Assembly: GCA_003279455.1 (NCBI GenBank)
Contig: QCHU01000003.1
Coordinates: 12,367-76,366, forward strand
Length of the DNA: 64,000 nt
Source: Prochlorococcus sp. AG-402-G19
Lineage (GTDB): Bacteria; Cyanobacteriota; Cyanobacteriia; PCC-6307; Cyanobiaceae
Reading direction: 5' to 3'
A model generated the notes under the pieces. It saw nothing but the letters and a program-made list of their open reading frames with translations. It was not told the origin of the DNA and did no database searches. Of this stretch, positions 28,759 through 40,699 are shown in pieces. The first letter of the stretch is position 1. Each line of letters opens with the position of its first letter. The position numbers and the translations under genes are program-made.

Positions 28759-30402
28759 ATGATTAACAAGCCATATGAAGTCATAATTATTGGTTCTGGT
28801 GCAACCGGAGGGATGGCGGCTCTAACAATGGCTAAGGCAGGAGTAAGAGTATTAGTAATTGAAAGAGGACCAGAACTTGAAATTAACAGAGCAAACGGAA
28901 CAGAGCCTTGCAATATGATTCGGAGACTAATAGGCGTTTCAACTGGCAATTATCAAAATCAACCTCAACATCCAGGGTTCTGGAAATCAAATCCATTATT
29001 GTACGCAAACAAAAAAGCAAATCCATACACCCACCCACCAAAAGCTCCATTCATGTGGACTCAAGGAAATCAAGTTGGTGGAAGAAGTCTTACATGGGGA
29101 GGGATAACTTTAAGATTAGCCAAAGAAGATTTTGAAGCCTCAAAAGAAAAAGAATACAATCTTGAATGGCCTATTGGTTATAAAGATCTTGAGACACATT
29201 ACTCAGATGTAGAGAATTTCCTAGGAGTATATGGAAACAAGGACGACCTAAATCAACTGCCTAATGGTGAATATATTGGAAAACTTCCATTCACAGAAAG
29301 TGAAGAAAGATTTTCCTCCAATATACAAAAAAAGTTAAATCTTCCCTTTATACACTCCAGAGGATTTGGGGCTAATAAAGATAAAACCAAATGGCCCAAA
29401 TATAGTAGCTTAGGTAGCACATTAAAAGAAGCAATTAGATTAGGAAAAGTAGAAATACTATCAAATTATATTGTAGAGAAATTAGTATTAAATAAGAACA
29501 GAAAGTCTGCAAAGAGTGTTATTGTTGTTAACCAAAGGAATGGAGAAAGAAGTGAAATAGAAAGTAAATTAATCATATTATGTTCATCAACAATACAAAC
29601 GATTAGAATCCTACTAAGTTCCGAAGAAAGCAATAATGAGAATGGCCTAATAGATCCATCGCAATCACTGGGAAGGAACTTAATGGATCACATATCAACT
29701 TGTAGATTTTTCACTGTGCCAAGTGATAAGAATTTGAAAAATTATTCTAATAAACATCATAAAGATCTTTTAACAGGCGCTGGGAGCTTCTTTATCCCAA
29801 TAGGCAGAGGACGATCAACTAAAAAAAGTTTTGTTGGAGGATATGGAATCTGGGGAGGAATCGATAGATTTGAACCACCTGACTTGTTAAAAAAATACAA
29901 TAATACAAAAACGGGATTTCTTATTGGTCACGGTGAAGTACTCCCTAATATTAACAATACTGTTTCTCTTTCAAAAAGCACAGATCAATACGATATTGCT
30001 ATTCCACACATATCCATGGTTTGGCGTGATAATGAAAAACAAATGGTCAAAGAAATGAATAGAATGATTGAACTAATTATCAATTCTGGAAATGGAACTA
30101 TTATTCCTGCAAGTGAAATCGTAAATATTCCATTTACTAAACAACTTCTAAATAAATCTGTTGCCGTAAATAACGATGCTCCACCTCCAGGTTATTACAT
30201 CCATGAGGTAGGAGGTGCACCAATGGGAAATAATAAAGAGAAGAGCGTTGTAGACAAATGGAATCGTCTCTGGGAATGCCGAAATGTATTGATAGTTGAC
30301 GGAGCTTGCTGGCCAACTTCTTCTTGGCAAAGCCCAACCTTAACCATGATGGCAATAACTAAAAGAGCTTGTGAAAGGGCAATTTTTGACTTTAAAGGTT
30401 AA
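28759..30402 (+). CDS. GMC-family FAD oxidoreductase
   Basis: IIGSGATGG, VGGRSLTWGG, GRNLMDH, HEVGGAPMG, SPTLTMMA. Confidence 0.92.
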   Translation: MINKPYEVIIIGSGATGGMAALTMAKAGVRVLVIERGPELEINRANGTEPCNMIRRLIGVSTGNYQNQPQHPGFWKSNPLLYANKKANPYTHPPKAPFMWTQGNQVGGRSLTWGGITLRLAKEDFEASKEKEYNLEWPIGYKDLETHYSDVENFLGVYGNKDDLNQLPNGEYIGKLPFTESEERFSSNIQKKLNLPFIHSRGFGANKDKTKWPKYSSLGSTLKEAIRLGKVEILSNYIVEKLVLNKNRKSAKSVIVVNQRNGERSEIESKLIILCSSTIQTIRILLSSEESNNENGLIDPSQSLGRNLMDHISTCRFFTVPSDKNLKNYSNKHHKDLLTGAGSFFIPIGRGRSTKKSFVGGYGIWGGIDRFEPPDLLKKYNNTKTGFLIGHGEVLPNINNTVSLSKSTDQYDIAIPHISMVWRDNEKQMVKEMNRMIELIINSGNGTIIPASEIVNIPFTKQLLNKSVAVNNDAPPPGYYIHEVGGAPMGNNKEKSVVDKWNRLWECRNVLIVDGACWPTSSWQSPTLTMMAITKRACERAIFDFKG

Positions 30403-30661
30403 AAATATCATTTAAGTATTTCTCAGTAACGGCCCTATCATCAGAACCATTTTGAAAAAGAAAATTTGCAATGGCTGAGCTAATAAGCTTCGACTGATCC
30501 CACTTCTCATTTCCACTAATAAAATCCTTCATGCCAATATATAGAGCTTCAGGCACTTCAGCCTCAAGACTTATAGACATATGGTCCAATTCATTTTCAC
30601 AACATCTAACCTCATCGGTTTTTATTTCTTCAATACGAGTTTCAATTTGATTAAACTCCAT
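30392..30661 (-). CDS. DUF2811 family protein (ribbon-helix-helix-like)
   Basis: SLEAEVPEALY.GMKDFI...WDQ..LISSAIANFLFQNG..DRAV. Confidence 0.82.
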   Translation of the reverse strand: MEFNQIETRIEEIKTDEVRCCENELDHMSISLEAEVPEALYIGMKDFISGNEKWDQSKLISSAIANFLFQNGSDDRAVTEKYLNDIFNL

Positions 30662-31046
30662 TCCTTTTTAATAGTTCAAAATCTATGAGATAAGGATCTT
30701 AAATTTTCAATAAAACGTCAAAGATAAAGAAAAGCTATACCAAGAAAACGAGACAGAACTAGACTCATTTATCAAAAAGGTTTTTCGAGGAATAACCTCA
30801 AAAGAAATTGGTTTACCTCTCGAACGTATCTAAGTGTAAATTACTATTAAAATTTTCAATGAATCCCACAAGTCCTTCATTAAAGCTAGGATTTTAGTGT
30901 TTCAGAGTGGAAAACTCCATACTTGCTGTGGAAATCTCTTGGGGAAAAGAGCTGAAAGTAAACATTAAAAAAATATATAAATAACGAGTCCATTGAGTCC
31001 CAGCTAAGAAAGAGACAAATGAGTCTTCAGATTAAACCTATTTTTT

Positions 31047-32102
31047 TTAGATTTGGCTTTTGTTTAAAGTGCGAAGCGTGACAGGTCCTAAAGGATGCTG
31101 AGCATGTGGATAAGGAAAATGTTCGTGTGAGTGCTCGTGTGTTTTATTCTCTGAGAAACTTTTTTTCTTATTTTTGCCCTCATCGTCGAAATCAGTTTGA
31201 TCGTCTAGGCATCCTTCAACATGATCATGATGACTGATCTGCTCATATCCAACCTCACTTTCAAAGCCTAATAAATTGGAGCGGTATTTACATAAGGCGC
31301 AATTCATAAAATTCTCTCCATTCAGAACTTCTTGAATTCTTTCCATAAAGGTATCTATAACTAAATCTTGGTCTGATAAGTAACTTGCGTTTAGAAACTG
31401 CACATCAGGATTATCATGTGAAACTCTCAAAGAATGTAATCTAACTCGACTTACCAAAACTCCAGAAAAAAGGAAATAAGGTAAGAGAATTACTCTTTTA
31501 AAACCCAATTTAAGTGCATGTCTCAAACCAGGATCAACAAGAGGGAATGTTACGCCTGAAAAAACGGTTTCTCCCCAACCAAAACCAAAACCTTCGACAA
31601 GCATCCTTGTGATTTTACAAACATTTGAATTAGAATCTGGATCTGAGGATCCCCTCCCGGCGACGACAAGCAATGTTTGAGAGAGCGGGAAAATTGGATT
31701 ACTATCAATTGTTTCTTTAAGTCTTGCGCCTGCTGCTCCAATCATCAACGAATTCAGGCCAAGCTCCCTACCGTATTGAATAGGAATTCCACTTTCAGCA
31801 GAATATCTATTTAAAACCGCCGGGATATCATTTTTAGTATGTCCAGCAGCAAATAACATTGCTGGCAAAGCAATTATTCTTCTTATTCCCATATTTCTAA
31901 GTTGATCTAAAGCTTCACTGATGATCGGACGATTAAACTCTAGGAAACCAAATACAACAGGGATATCAGGTATTCTAACTTTTATTTTATCTACAACATT
32001 AATAAACTCTTTTACTGCTTGAGGATCTCTACTCCCATGCCCGCATAAAACAATCCCAATATCAGATGGATATTGATATTTAATTGAAGCGGAAGAAATC
32101 AA
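31047..32102 (-). CDS. cbiX: sirohydrochlorin cobaltochelatase with His-rich tail
   Basis: CGHGSRD, FAAGHTKND, GRGSSDPD, MNCALCKYR, HEHSHEHFPYPHAQHPLG. Confidence 0.9.
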   Translation of the reverse strand: MISSASIKYQYPSDIGIVLCGHGSRDPQAVKEFINVVDKIKVRIPDIPVVFGFLEFNRPIISEALDQLRNMGIRRIIALPAMLFAAGHTKNDIPAVLNRYSAESGIPIQYGRELGLNSLMIGAAGARLKETIDSNPIFPLSQTLLVVAGRGSSDPDSNSNVCKITRMLVEGFGFGWGETVFSGVTFPLVDPGLRHALKLGFKRVILLPYFLFSGVLVSRVRLHSLRVSHDNPDVQFLNASYLSDQDLVIDTFMERIQEVLNGENFMNCALCKYRSNLLGFESEVGYEQISHHDHVEGCLDDQTDFDDEGKNKKKSFSENKTHEHSHEHFPYPHAQHPLGPVTLRTLNKSQI

Positions 32103-32188
32103 AATGATTTAGCAAAAAACTACTTTAATTAATTATATTTTTATAAAATATCAACTGAAGAAACTCTTTATAGAAAAAGGAGCAAATT

Positions 32189-33454
32189 ATTAAAGATTTA
32201 ATATCTCTACAAAATCAAAATTCCAATGACAGTGATGTCCTTGGCGTTTTTGAAGCTGTCAACGCAGAATTATTTCAATCCCAAAAAGGATCTGAACAAA
32301 AGTACAATCCTTTTTTAGTTTCTAGTGGAGGTACTACAAGTAGAGCTGCAGCAGATAAACATTGGATATTAGATTTAAGGAAGAACTACCAAAGCATATA
32401 TTTCGATCCAAACAAAAAGCATGTAGAAATAGAAGCAGGGGTAACTATGGGCGAGTTATCCGATTTTCTAAAAAAGCATAAAAGAAGTTTTCCAATTGGT
32501 TTATCAGGGAAAACTGGAATAGGATATATTTTGACCGGTGGAATAAGTCCACTTAGTAGAAGCAGGGGATTAGCAATTGATCAGATCCTTGAAATAAAAG
32601 GGTTTTGGGGAAATGGGAAGGAGTTTCATTTATTTCAACCAAACACACAAAAAGAATCATTTTTCGAATGGAAAGCCCTTTGCGGAGCCGCTATATTTCT
32701 AGGCATCATCACAAAAGTCAAACTAAAGACTCAGCCATTAAAACCACTATTAAGTTGGACAGCAAACCTTTCATTTGCTCAGCTATCAGAATGTATTAAT
32801 CAAGCCGAAAGTTGGCCCAATTCTCTTAGCTTTCAATGGATTTGTGGAGATGAGATTTTTGCTCATGCAATTGGTGAAGTTATAAATACTGATGATGAGT
32901 CCATCTTGATTAACTTTTTTGAAAAATTGCCATACTCTCGAAATAGAATAATTAATAAAGTCAACGATATGAATTCTTTACCAAATCTAAGTTTAGGAAA
33001 GACTAAAAATAATAATTCAAAGCACTCTGAAGTACTAGGTTTACTTGGTCCAGCTTGGCAAAAGAATAATCCAAAAGTATTAAAAATAATTCAAGACATA
33101 ATAAATAAAAGACCTAACAAAAATTGTTATCTAGCTTCTCAACAATTAGGAGGCATAACACATATAAACAACAGAAATACTTCATTTATTCATCGTGAAG
33201 CGATATGGAAACCTTGGATTAATGGGGCTTGGGATGCCTTTGATCAATCAAAAAGAAAAACAACACTCAAATGGATGGAGGAGGCTTGGAATAACCTAGA
33301 GTTCATATGCCCTGGTGTGCATCTTGCACAAATACACCCTCACTTAGATTGGCATCAAAGAGAATTATCCTCAGCATTCAAAGATTGGCTCCCGACATTA
33401 CAAGAAATAAAAGGGATTTATGACCCAAGAAATTTGATGCCACCTTTAAAATAG
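32189..33454 (+). CDS. FAD-binding oxidoreductase (PCMH/BBE-like)
   Basis: VSSGGTTS..ILDLR..VEIEAGVTMG..GYILTGGIS..GLAID and C-terminal K.IYDP.N; the frame is open from 32174, so the ORF-track start (32447) is internal; ATT start inferred. Confidence 0.8.
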   Translation: MKDLISLQNQNSNDSDVLGVFEAVNAELFQSQKGSEQKYNPFLVSSGGTTSRAAADKHWILDLRKNYQSIYFDPNKKHVEIEAGVTMGELSDFLKKHKRSFPIGLSGKTGIGYILTGGISPLSRSRGLAIDQILEIKGFWGNGKEFHLFQPNTQKESFFEWKALCGAAIFLGIITKVKLKTQPLKPLLSWTANLSFAQLSECINQAESWPNSLSFQWICGDEIFAHAIGEVINTDDESILINFFEKLPYSRNRIINKVNDMNSLPNLSLGKTKNNNSKHSEVLGLLGPAWQKNNPKVLKIIQDIINKRPNKNCYLASQQLGGITHINNRNTSFIHREAIWKPWINGAWDAFDQSKRKTTLKWMEEAWNNLEFICPGVHLAQIHPHLDWHQRELSSAFKDWLPTLQEIKGIYDPRNLMPPLK

Positions 33455-33503
33455 TTAACCAAATTTCATGAAGGTAATTACTGTCCTAACAAAGTTAATC
33501 GAG

Positions 33504-34397
33504 TCAAATACTTAGGCTTACACGTTGATAACAGAACCATAACCATTGTTGAAATAATAAGTTCCTGTGTGATCGCCATGAAGTATTTGATTTAGTCAAA
33601 TCAAAATTTTCTGGGGGAGGGACGTCACCTCTTTTTTTATCTCTTTCCATCTCAGATTTCAATCGATCAACATTATATTCGGGATGTCCTAAATGCATTA
33701 ATTGCCTTTGGTCAGGAGTTTCAAAAATTGTATAGCCTACTTTTTCCCCATGGGCCAATAATCTGAGCTTGCCATTCTTTTCTGCTTTTTCCATTTCAAT
33801 ATCTGATAAACCAGCATATCTACTTTGTGGGCAGAGGAACTCATCATCTTGTGTTCCCATTAAAGAATGGCCAGGTACAAGACTCCTCATAGGATATACA
33901 CCAAATAACTTTTTATTAAAATTATTTTTCTCAACTCCAGCCATATATGCCATTGCAAAACCAGCCCAACATAAGCCTAAGGTACTTGCACATTTTAATT
34001 TTGATTCCTCAATTAGGCTTACTAATTCTTTCCAATAATTAACCTTTTCGAATGGGAGATGCTCCACAGGTGCTCCAGTAATAATCAACCCATCGAGAGG
34101 CAATGGAGACATTGCCTCCTCCCAATAAACATATAGGTTTTTTAGATGTTCTAAATCCCATGTTTTATATGAATGAGATTTTAATCTTATCCAAATAGGT
34201 TCTATTTGCAGAGGAGACAGTCCCAAGGGGTGCAATAAATTAAATTCATATTGTTTTCCCAATGGCATAATATTTAATATCCCAATCCTCAGAGGTCTAA
34301 TATCCTGTCTTTCTGCTAGTTCAGGTTCAATCCACGAAATATGATTTTTTTCAATTGAGGATATTTTATGATAACTACGGGGAAGTATTAAAGCCAT
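33504..34397 (-). CDS. metA: homoserine O-acyltransferase (MetA family)
   Basis: QDIRPLRIGILNIMP, DGLIITGAPVE, LCWAG, PQSR, GHPEY. Confidence 0.95.
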   Translation of the reverse strand: MALILPRSYHKISSIEKNHISWIEPELAERQDIRPLRIGILNIMPLGKQYEFNLLHPLGLSPLQIEPIWIRLKSHSYKTWDLEHLKNLYVYWEEAMSPLPLDGLIITGAPVEHLPFEKVNYWKELVSLIEESKLKCASTLGLCWAGFAMAYMAGVEKNNFNKKLFGVYPMRSLVPGHSLMGTQDDEFLCPQSRYAGLSDIEMEKAEKNGKLRLLAHGEKVGYTIFETPDQRQLMHLGHPEYNVDRLKSEMERDKKRGDVPPPENFDLTKSNTSWRSHRNLLFQQWLWFCYQRVSLSI

Positions 34398-34414
34398 ATA
34401 TATCTACTTGGAAG

Positions 34415-36489
<2,075 letters not shown>

Positions 36490-36544
36490 AAGAAAAAATA
36501 AATATCAATTTTACTTTAGTGACAAGATGGGGTATATGAAAACC

Positions 36545-37708
36545 CTAAACAATTTTTTGTACATTTGAGACAAAAGTTTGGTTTGAGAAAATCCCAATTT
36601 CATGGAGTAAGTTTGACAAAAGAGGAATCTGAGCAACGAAACTTGAAAGTAATCTGTATTGAACCTCTGCTCTATATAGATTTTGAGTTTGGTACTTTAT
36701 TTTAAAATACGTATTTGATTGCAAAAAGTCGTTCAAAAATCTAATTGTTAATTCAATTATTATCAAATAAATAAATTCAGGAATATATTCAAAATAGTAA
36801 TTACCATTTTGATTTAATATTGAGAAATATCCTTTAAGAAAATACTTACAAGAGTTAACATCAAAGAATACATTCTCTATATTTTCTGGATCCCCGCCTG
36901 CTAGATTACAAATTGAACGAATACAGTCAGCCAAATCAACAAGAAGATAACCAGAAGAGACAGTATCTAGATCAATTAAAGAAACAACATGTTTTGAGTT
37001 AATATCAAAAAGAAAATTACTTAACTTAGGATCACCATGTATAACGGTACGATCTATTGATTTTTCCTCTAAAGATCTTAGAATTGAATTCGCATATAAT
37101 AAGTGATTAGATAGACTAAAAATTAAGTTTTGAACCCTTTTATTTACTTTATAATCTAACTTTAGAAAGTTATAATCTTTAAGATTGATCATATATTGAT
37201 CTATATAGTACTTAGTATTATGAAAATTCTTTATACTGATTTCTAACTTTGAAGAATCTACATTAGAGCAACTTATATGAAACTTAGCAAGGCCAAGTCC
37301 AGTCTGATAAGCCATTTTTTTGTCTTCTAAAGTTTTAACACTAAAAGTATCATCTATATATAACATTGCTCGCCAAAATTCCGAACAATATGGGAACGTA
37401 AAAAGGTTATTAGCTCTACACCTGATCAAGCTTGGGACCTCCCACCTTTGAGAGTCAAAAGAATGAATCTTTTTATTTATATTTTTACTAATATGATCTG
37501 TTATTAACTTATGATTCATATTAACTATCTCATGTGATTCAAATATATTACTAAGGCACTGTAAAATAAATTTAGACTTTATTCCATCAATAGAATGTTG
37601 AATAATATAGGTTTTATTTATAAGCCCAGAATCTACTAAATCTATCTTTAAGACTTTACTATCATAGAAGAAATTATGTGTAATCTTTTTTATCTTCTCA
37701 TAATCCAT
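36545..37708 (-). CDS. APH/choline-kinase-fold phosphotransferase (N-acetylhexosamine-kinase-like)
   Basis: GLINKTY P-loop, IHGDPKLSNFLF catalytic loop, IDLDT, IRFLNDFL..YFK. Confidence 0.85.
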   Translation of the reverse strand: MDYEKIKKITHNFFYDSKVLKIDLVDSGLINKTYIIQHSIDGIKSKFILQCLSNIFESHEIVNMNHKLITDHISKNINKKIHSFDSQRWEVPSLIRCRANNLFTFPYCSEFWRAMLYIDDTFSVKTLEDKKMAYQTGLGLAKFHISCSNVDSSKLEISIKNFHNTKYYIDQYMINLKDYNFLKLDYKVNKRVQNLIFSLSNHLLYANSILRSLEEKSIDRTVIHGDPKLSNFLFDINSKHVVSLIDLDTVSSGYLLVDLADCIRSICNLAGGDPENIENVFFDVNSCKYFLKGYFSILNQNGNYYFEYIPEFIYLIIIELTIRFLNDFLQSNTYFKIKYQTQNLYRAEVQYRLLSSFVAQIPLLSNLLHEIGIFSNQTFVSNVQKIV

Positions 37709-37718
37709 AGCGTTTATT

Positions 37719-39260
37719 TTACGAATCAGATTCTATTAAGTTGGTTTCTATATAATCAATAACCTTTCTATAAGTCGCTTTTTCTAATGACTCAAATGGA
37801 TCATGAGTATCTATCATATTAAATTCAAAAAACAATCTATTCTCTTCAGTAAGTGACTTAGTTATAAAATCAATAGAAGTTTTTAAGTGAAAATTATCTA
37901 GCGAATCAGATATTTTCATACTTTGGAATGATTTTATAGACTCTTGGCAATAGTTAGCTAATTCACGACTATTTGTCATGACAGTATAAATATCTTTTTT
38001 AATCCCAACAGGACCCATAATACACATATATAAAAGATTTATCATTGAAGAATTACTCAAAGGTATTGAATATTTCCTCAAGATATGTGGCCAATAATTT
38101 AAAGAATTTATTCCTTCTAAAGCTCCACGCTTTAGACCAGATTTTTCGCACCATTCTATAAACTCATCTGCACATTTTGGACATCTTTTTAATTCATTCA
38201 TCCTCTCAGCAAGGACTATACCAGCCTGAAAGTTCCTAGTTGGCTTACCACTTACAGGCAACATCATGCTCCCTCTTACATCAGCAACCATAGCTGTCAA
38301 CTGACTAAAAGTATGATCTCTTACCTGAACAAAGTCTCCATCCTTAAGGAAGGATGCCTCTATACGCTGGACACTATATCCAAGCTCTGTAATAGGAAAA
38401 GGTTGTTTTTTATATAACTTCTCTCTATCAGCTCGACGCATGGAAACATAAGCAGCCTGATCCAGACATTGATCTAATAAAAGAGTTAATAAAGTTGGTA
38501 GTAATCCAGGATTATTCTTATGGAAAGCATGACCAAAGCCCGCTAAAATTGAAGATATATTTTTAGCAGCTTTGATGTATTGACCCTCGACGTTATGAAC
38601 ACCTGCAGAAACTTGAATATTTGGGGAAATTTTATTTAATAATTTTGCACCTAATATTGCATTCATAGCATCTGGATGGCAAAAATTAGCAGTAAAACTA
38701 TCTAATGGATTTCGAAGAGCGCCGTGTCGATGGAAGCCAGAAAAGAAAGCTAGATTATTTAATTTTTCACACAAAACAAAAGATTCATTCTTTTTTTCAT
38801 CATGACAAAATGATCCAACCAAGCATGCAATTAAAACATTATCTCGATTAAGCTTTTTTCTAAGCTTAAATGCTAAACTAACATCGTTTATTATATGTTT
38901 ACTATTTGAACTTAAAACAACCAATTCACAGTTAATTATTAAATCTTCAAGAGTATTATATCTTCCGGAATTATCAACATTTGAAATTGCCATAGATTCA
39001 ATTTTAGTTTTTATACCATTATCCATTTCTGAAAGATCAACCTCAGAAAAAGCTCCAAAAAGTTCTCTACCTTCTCTAGGAGCTAAAAGGATGTTTAATC
39101 CTTGATTCTGCAATACACAGTTATAGGCAAGAGAGGCAGGATATAAACCAACACTATAAAATCCAACTTTTCCATTCAAAACCTCTTTAATTCTTTTAGA
39201 TATATGCTCACTTGAATAAGATTCAGTAAAGAAGCTATTAGTTGAATTCTTCTCAAACAC
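37719..39260 (-). CDS. uncharacterised protein with a divergent GpsA (NAD(P)-dependent glycerol-3-phosphate dehydrogenase)-like motif series
   Basis: Colinear motifs VGFYSVGLYPASLA, LAFFSG, AAKNISSILAG, TFSQLTAMVAD, TRNFQAG, ALEG; matched by eye only. Confidence 0.6.
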   Translation of the reverse strand: MFEKNSTNSFFTESYSSEHISKRIKEVLNGKVGFYSVGLYPASLAYNCVLQNQGLNILLAPREGRELFGAFSEVDLSEMDNGIKTKIESMAISNVDNSGRYNTLEDLIINCELVVLSSNSKHIINDVSLAFKLRKKLNRDNVLIACLVGSFCHDEKKNESFVLCEKLNNLAFFSGFHRHGALRNPLDSFTANFCHPDAMNAILGAKLLNKISPNIQVSAGVHNVEGQYIKAAKNISSILAGFGHAFHKNNPGLLPTLLTLLLDQCLDQAAYVSMRRADREKLYKKQPFPITELGYSVQRIEASFLKDGDFVQVRDHTFSQLTAMVADVRGSMMLPVSGKPTRNFQAGIVLAERMNELKRCPKCADEFIEWCEKSGLKRGALEGINSLNYWPHILRKYSIPLSNSSMINLLYMCIMGPVGIKKDIYTVMTNSRELANYCQESIKSFQSMKISDSLDNFHLKTSIDFITKSLTEENRLFFEFNMIDTHDPFESLEKATYRKVIDYIETNLIESDS

Positions 39261-39422
39261 AGTTTATTTGCATTCAATTGCATTATATACAAAAAGAAGA
39301 AAATTTTAAAAAGAGTTTTTATAATACTGAATATATATCTATATACTTATTTAAGAATAAGAACTATTAGAAAGAGTATATTTATTTGAGATAAACTAAA
39401 CTTACTTTTTAAAGCTTCTTTT

Positions 39423-40622
39423 ATGAACGTTCGTAAAACGAAAGAAGAAATTATTAACACAATAATAAATGAAGAAAATATTCTAATAGTTCAGGATCTT
39501 GACGGGGTATGTATACCACTTGTTCAAGACCCTCTAAAAAGAGAGCTCGACACAGAATATGTGGAGGATGTTTCAAAATTAAGAGAGAAGTTTTCAGTAC
39601 TTACCTGTGGCGAGCATGAAGGCAGAAGAGGCGTTAATCGTTTAGTAGAAAAGGCACTTAATTCAAGAACAAAAGCAAAAGAAAATGGCTTTTATCTACC
39701 CGGTCTTGCAGCTTGTGGAGTTGAGTTCCAAGATAGATTTAGCAATTCTTCCTATCCAGGGCTTAATGATAATGAAATTGATTTTTTGGCAAAAGTGCCA
39801 AAAATGATGCGATTAATGTTAACTAATGAACTTAAGAATTTATTACCAGATCTTTCAAATGACTTAAGAAGCAACTTAATTGATGTAGCTGTATGTGATA
39901 CACGTTTCACTCCCACTCTAAATTTTAATCAAATCTTCACCTTAGTAAAAAATGATTTAAATAAAGTAAGAGGTTTGCAATTGATTATGGAAAAAATAAT
40001 GAATAATTTACTAGAAGATTCTAAAAGTCTTGGATTAGAAAACTCTTTTCATTTGCATTTAATGCCAAACATAGGAGAGAAAAATGGAAGAGAAATAATG
40101 AAATATGCGACTCAAAATGATTTCGGGACAACAGATATCCAATTTATTATTAAGGGCGCAATAAAGGAGGCAGGTCTTTTATTATTATTAAATAAATATA
40201 TTTCATCCAGAACTGGGATTTATCCTTTTGGTGAAAGCTTCAACGTTAGAAATGCTCCAAAAACACTTAATAAATTAATAGAGCTATGTAGAGATAAAAT
40301 TCCTCGTGATCAAATGCCTCTGCTAATAGGTATTGGTGATACAGTTACTTCCGTGAAAGATGATAAAAACAATTCTTGGTTAAGAGGTGGAAGTGACAGA
40401 GGTTTCTTAACTTTGATCCAACGGCTGGGAGAATCATACAAGAAAGATAATCAAGTTATATTTGTCAACAGCTGCAATGAGCAGGTATCAAGACCAAGAG
40501 TTAATGGAACTGACATGAAAGGAGTTAGTGATCCTGATGATGATTTAAAATTCAATATGATTATCAATGATGGTCCACAGGAATATATAAAGTGGTTTAA
40601 ACAATTAGCCAGCCAATTCTAG
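39423..40622 (+). CDS. stpA: glucosylglycerol-phosphate phosphatase (StpA/GgpP family, HAD-like)
   Basis: IVQDLDGVC..LV.DPL.R, LTCGEHEG.RGVN, GTTDIQF, GIGDTVTS, RGGSDRGFL. Confidence 0.9.
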   Translation: MNVRKTKEEIINTIINEENILIVQDLDGVCIPLVQDPLKRELDTEYVEDVSKLREKFSVLTCGEHEGRRGVNRLVEKALNSRTKAKENGFYLPGLAACGVEFQDRFSNSSYPGLNDNEIDFLAKVPKMMRLMLTNELKNLLPDLSNDLRSNLIDVAVCDTRFTPTLNFNQIFTLVKNDLNKVRGLQLIMEKIMNNLLEDSKSLGLENSFHLHLMPNIGEKNGREIMKYATQNDFGTTDIQFIIKGAIKEAGLLLLLNKYISSRTGIYPFGESFNVRNAPKTLNKLIELCRDKIPRDQMPLLIGIGDTVTSVKDDKNNSWLRGGSDRGFLTLIQRLGESYKKDNQVIFVNSCNEQVSRPRVNGTDMKGVSDPDDDLKFNMIINDGPQEYIKWFKQLASQF

Positions 40623-40699
40623 ATTATTAAAAACATATTTTCACACTAATAAAGATTTTAACTATAATAAAAATATATATTAATCAGATATATAGTACC

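Noticed and set aside
30750-31030. Motif array as oriC or a CRISPR array
   Set aside because: Boxes are few and imperfect, no dnaN/dnaA nearby; repeats are 5-9 bp and irregularly spaced; no cas genes. Kept only as a regulatory candidate
32171-32447. Frameshift in the FAD oxidoreductase
   Set aside because: The upstream conserved segment is in the same frame as the called ORF; the issue is the start codon
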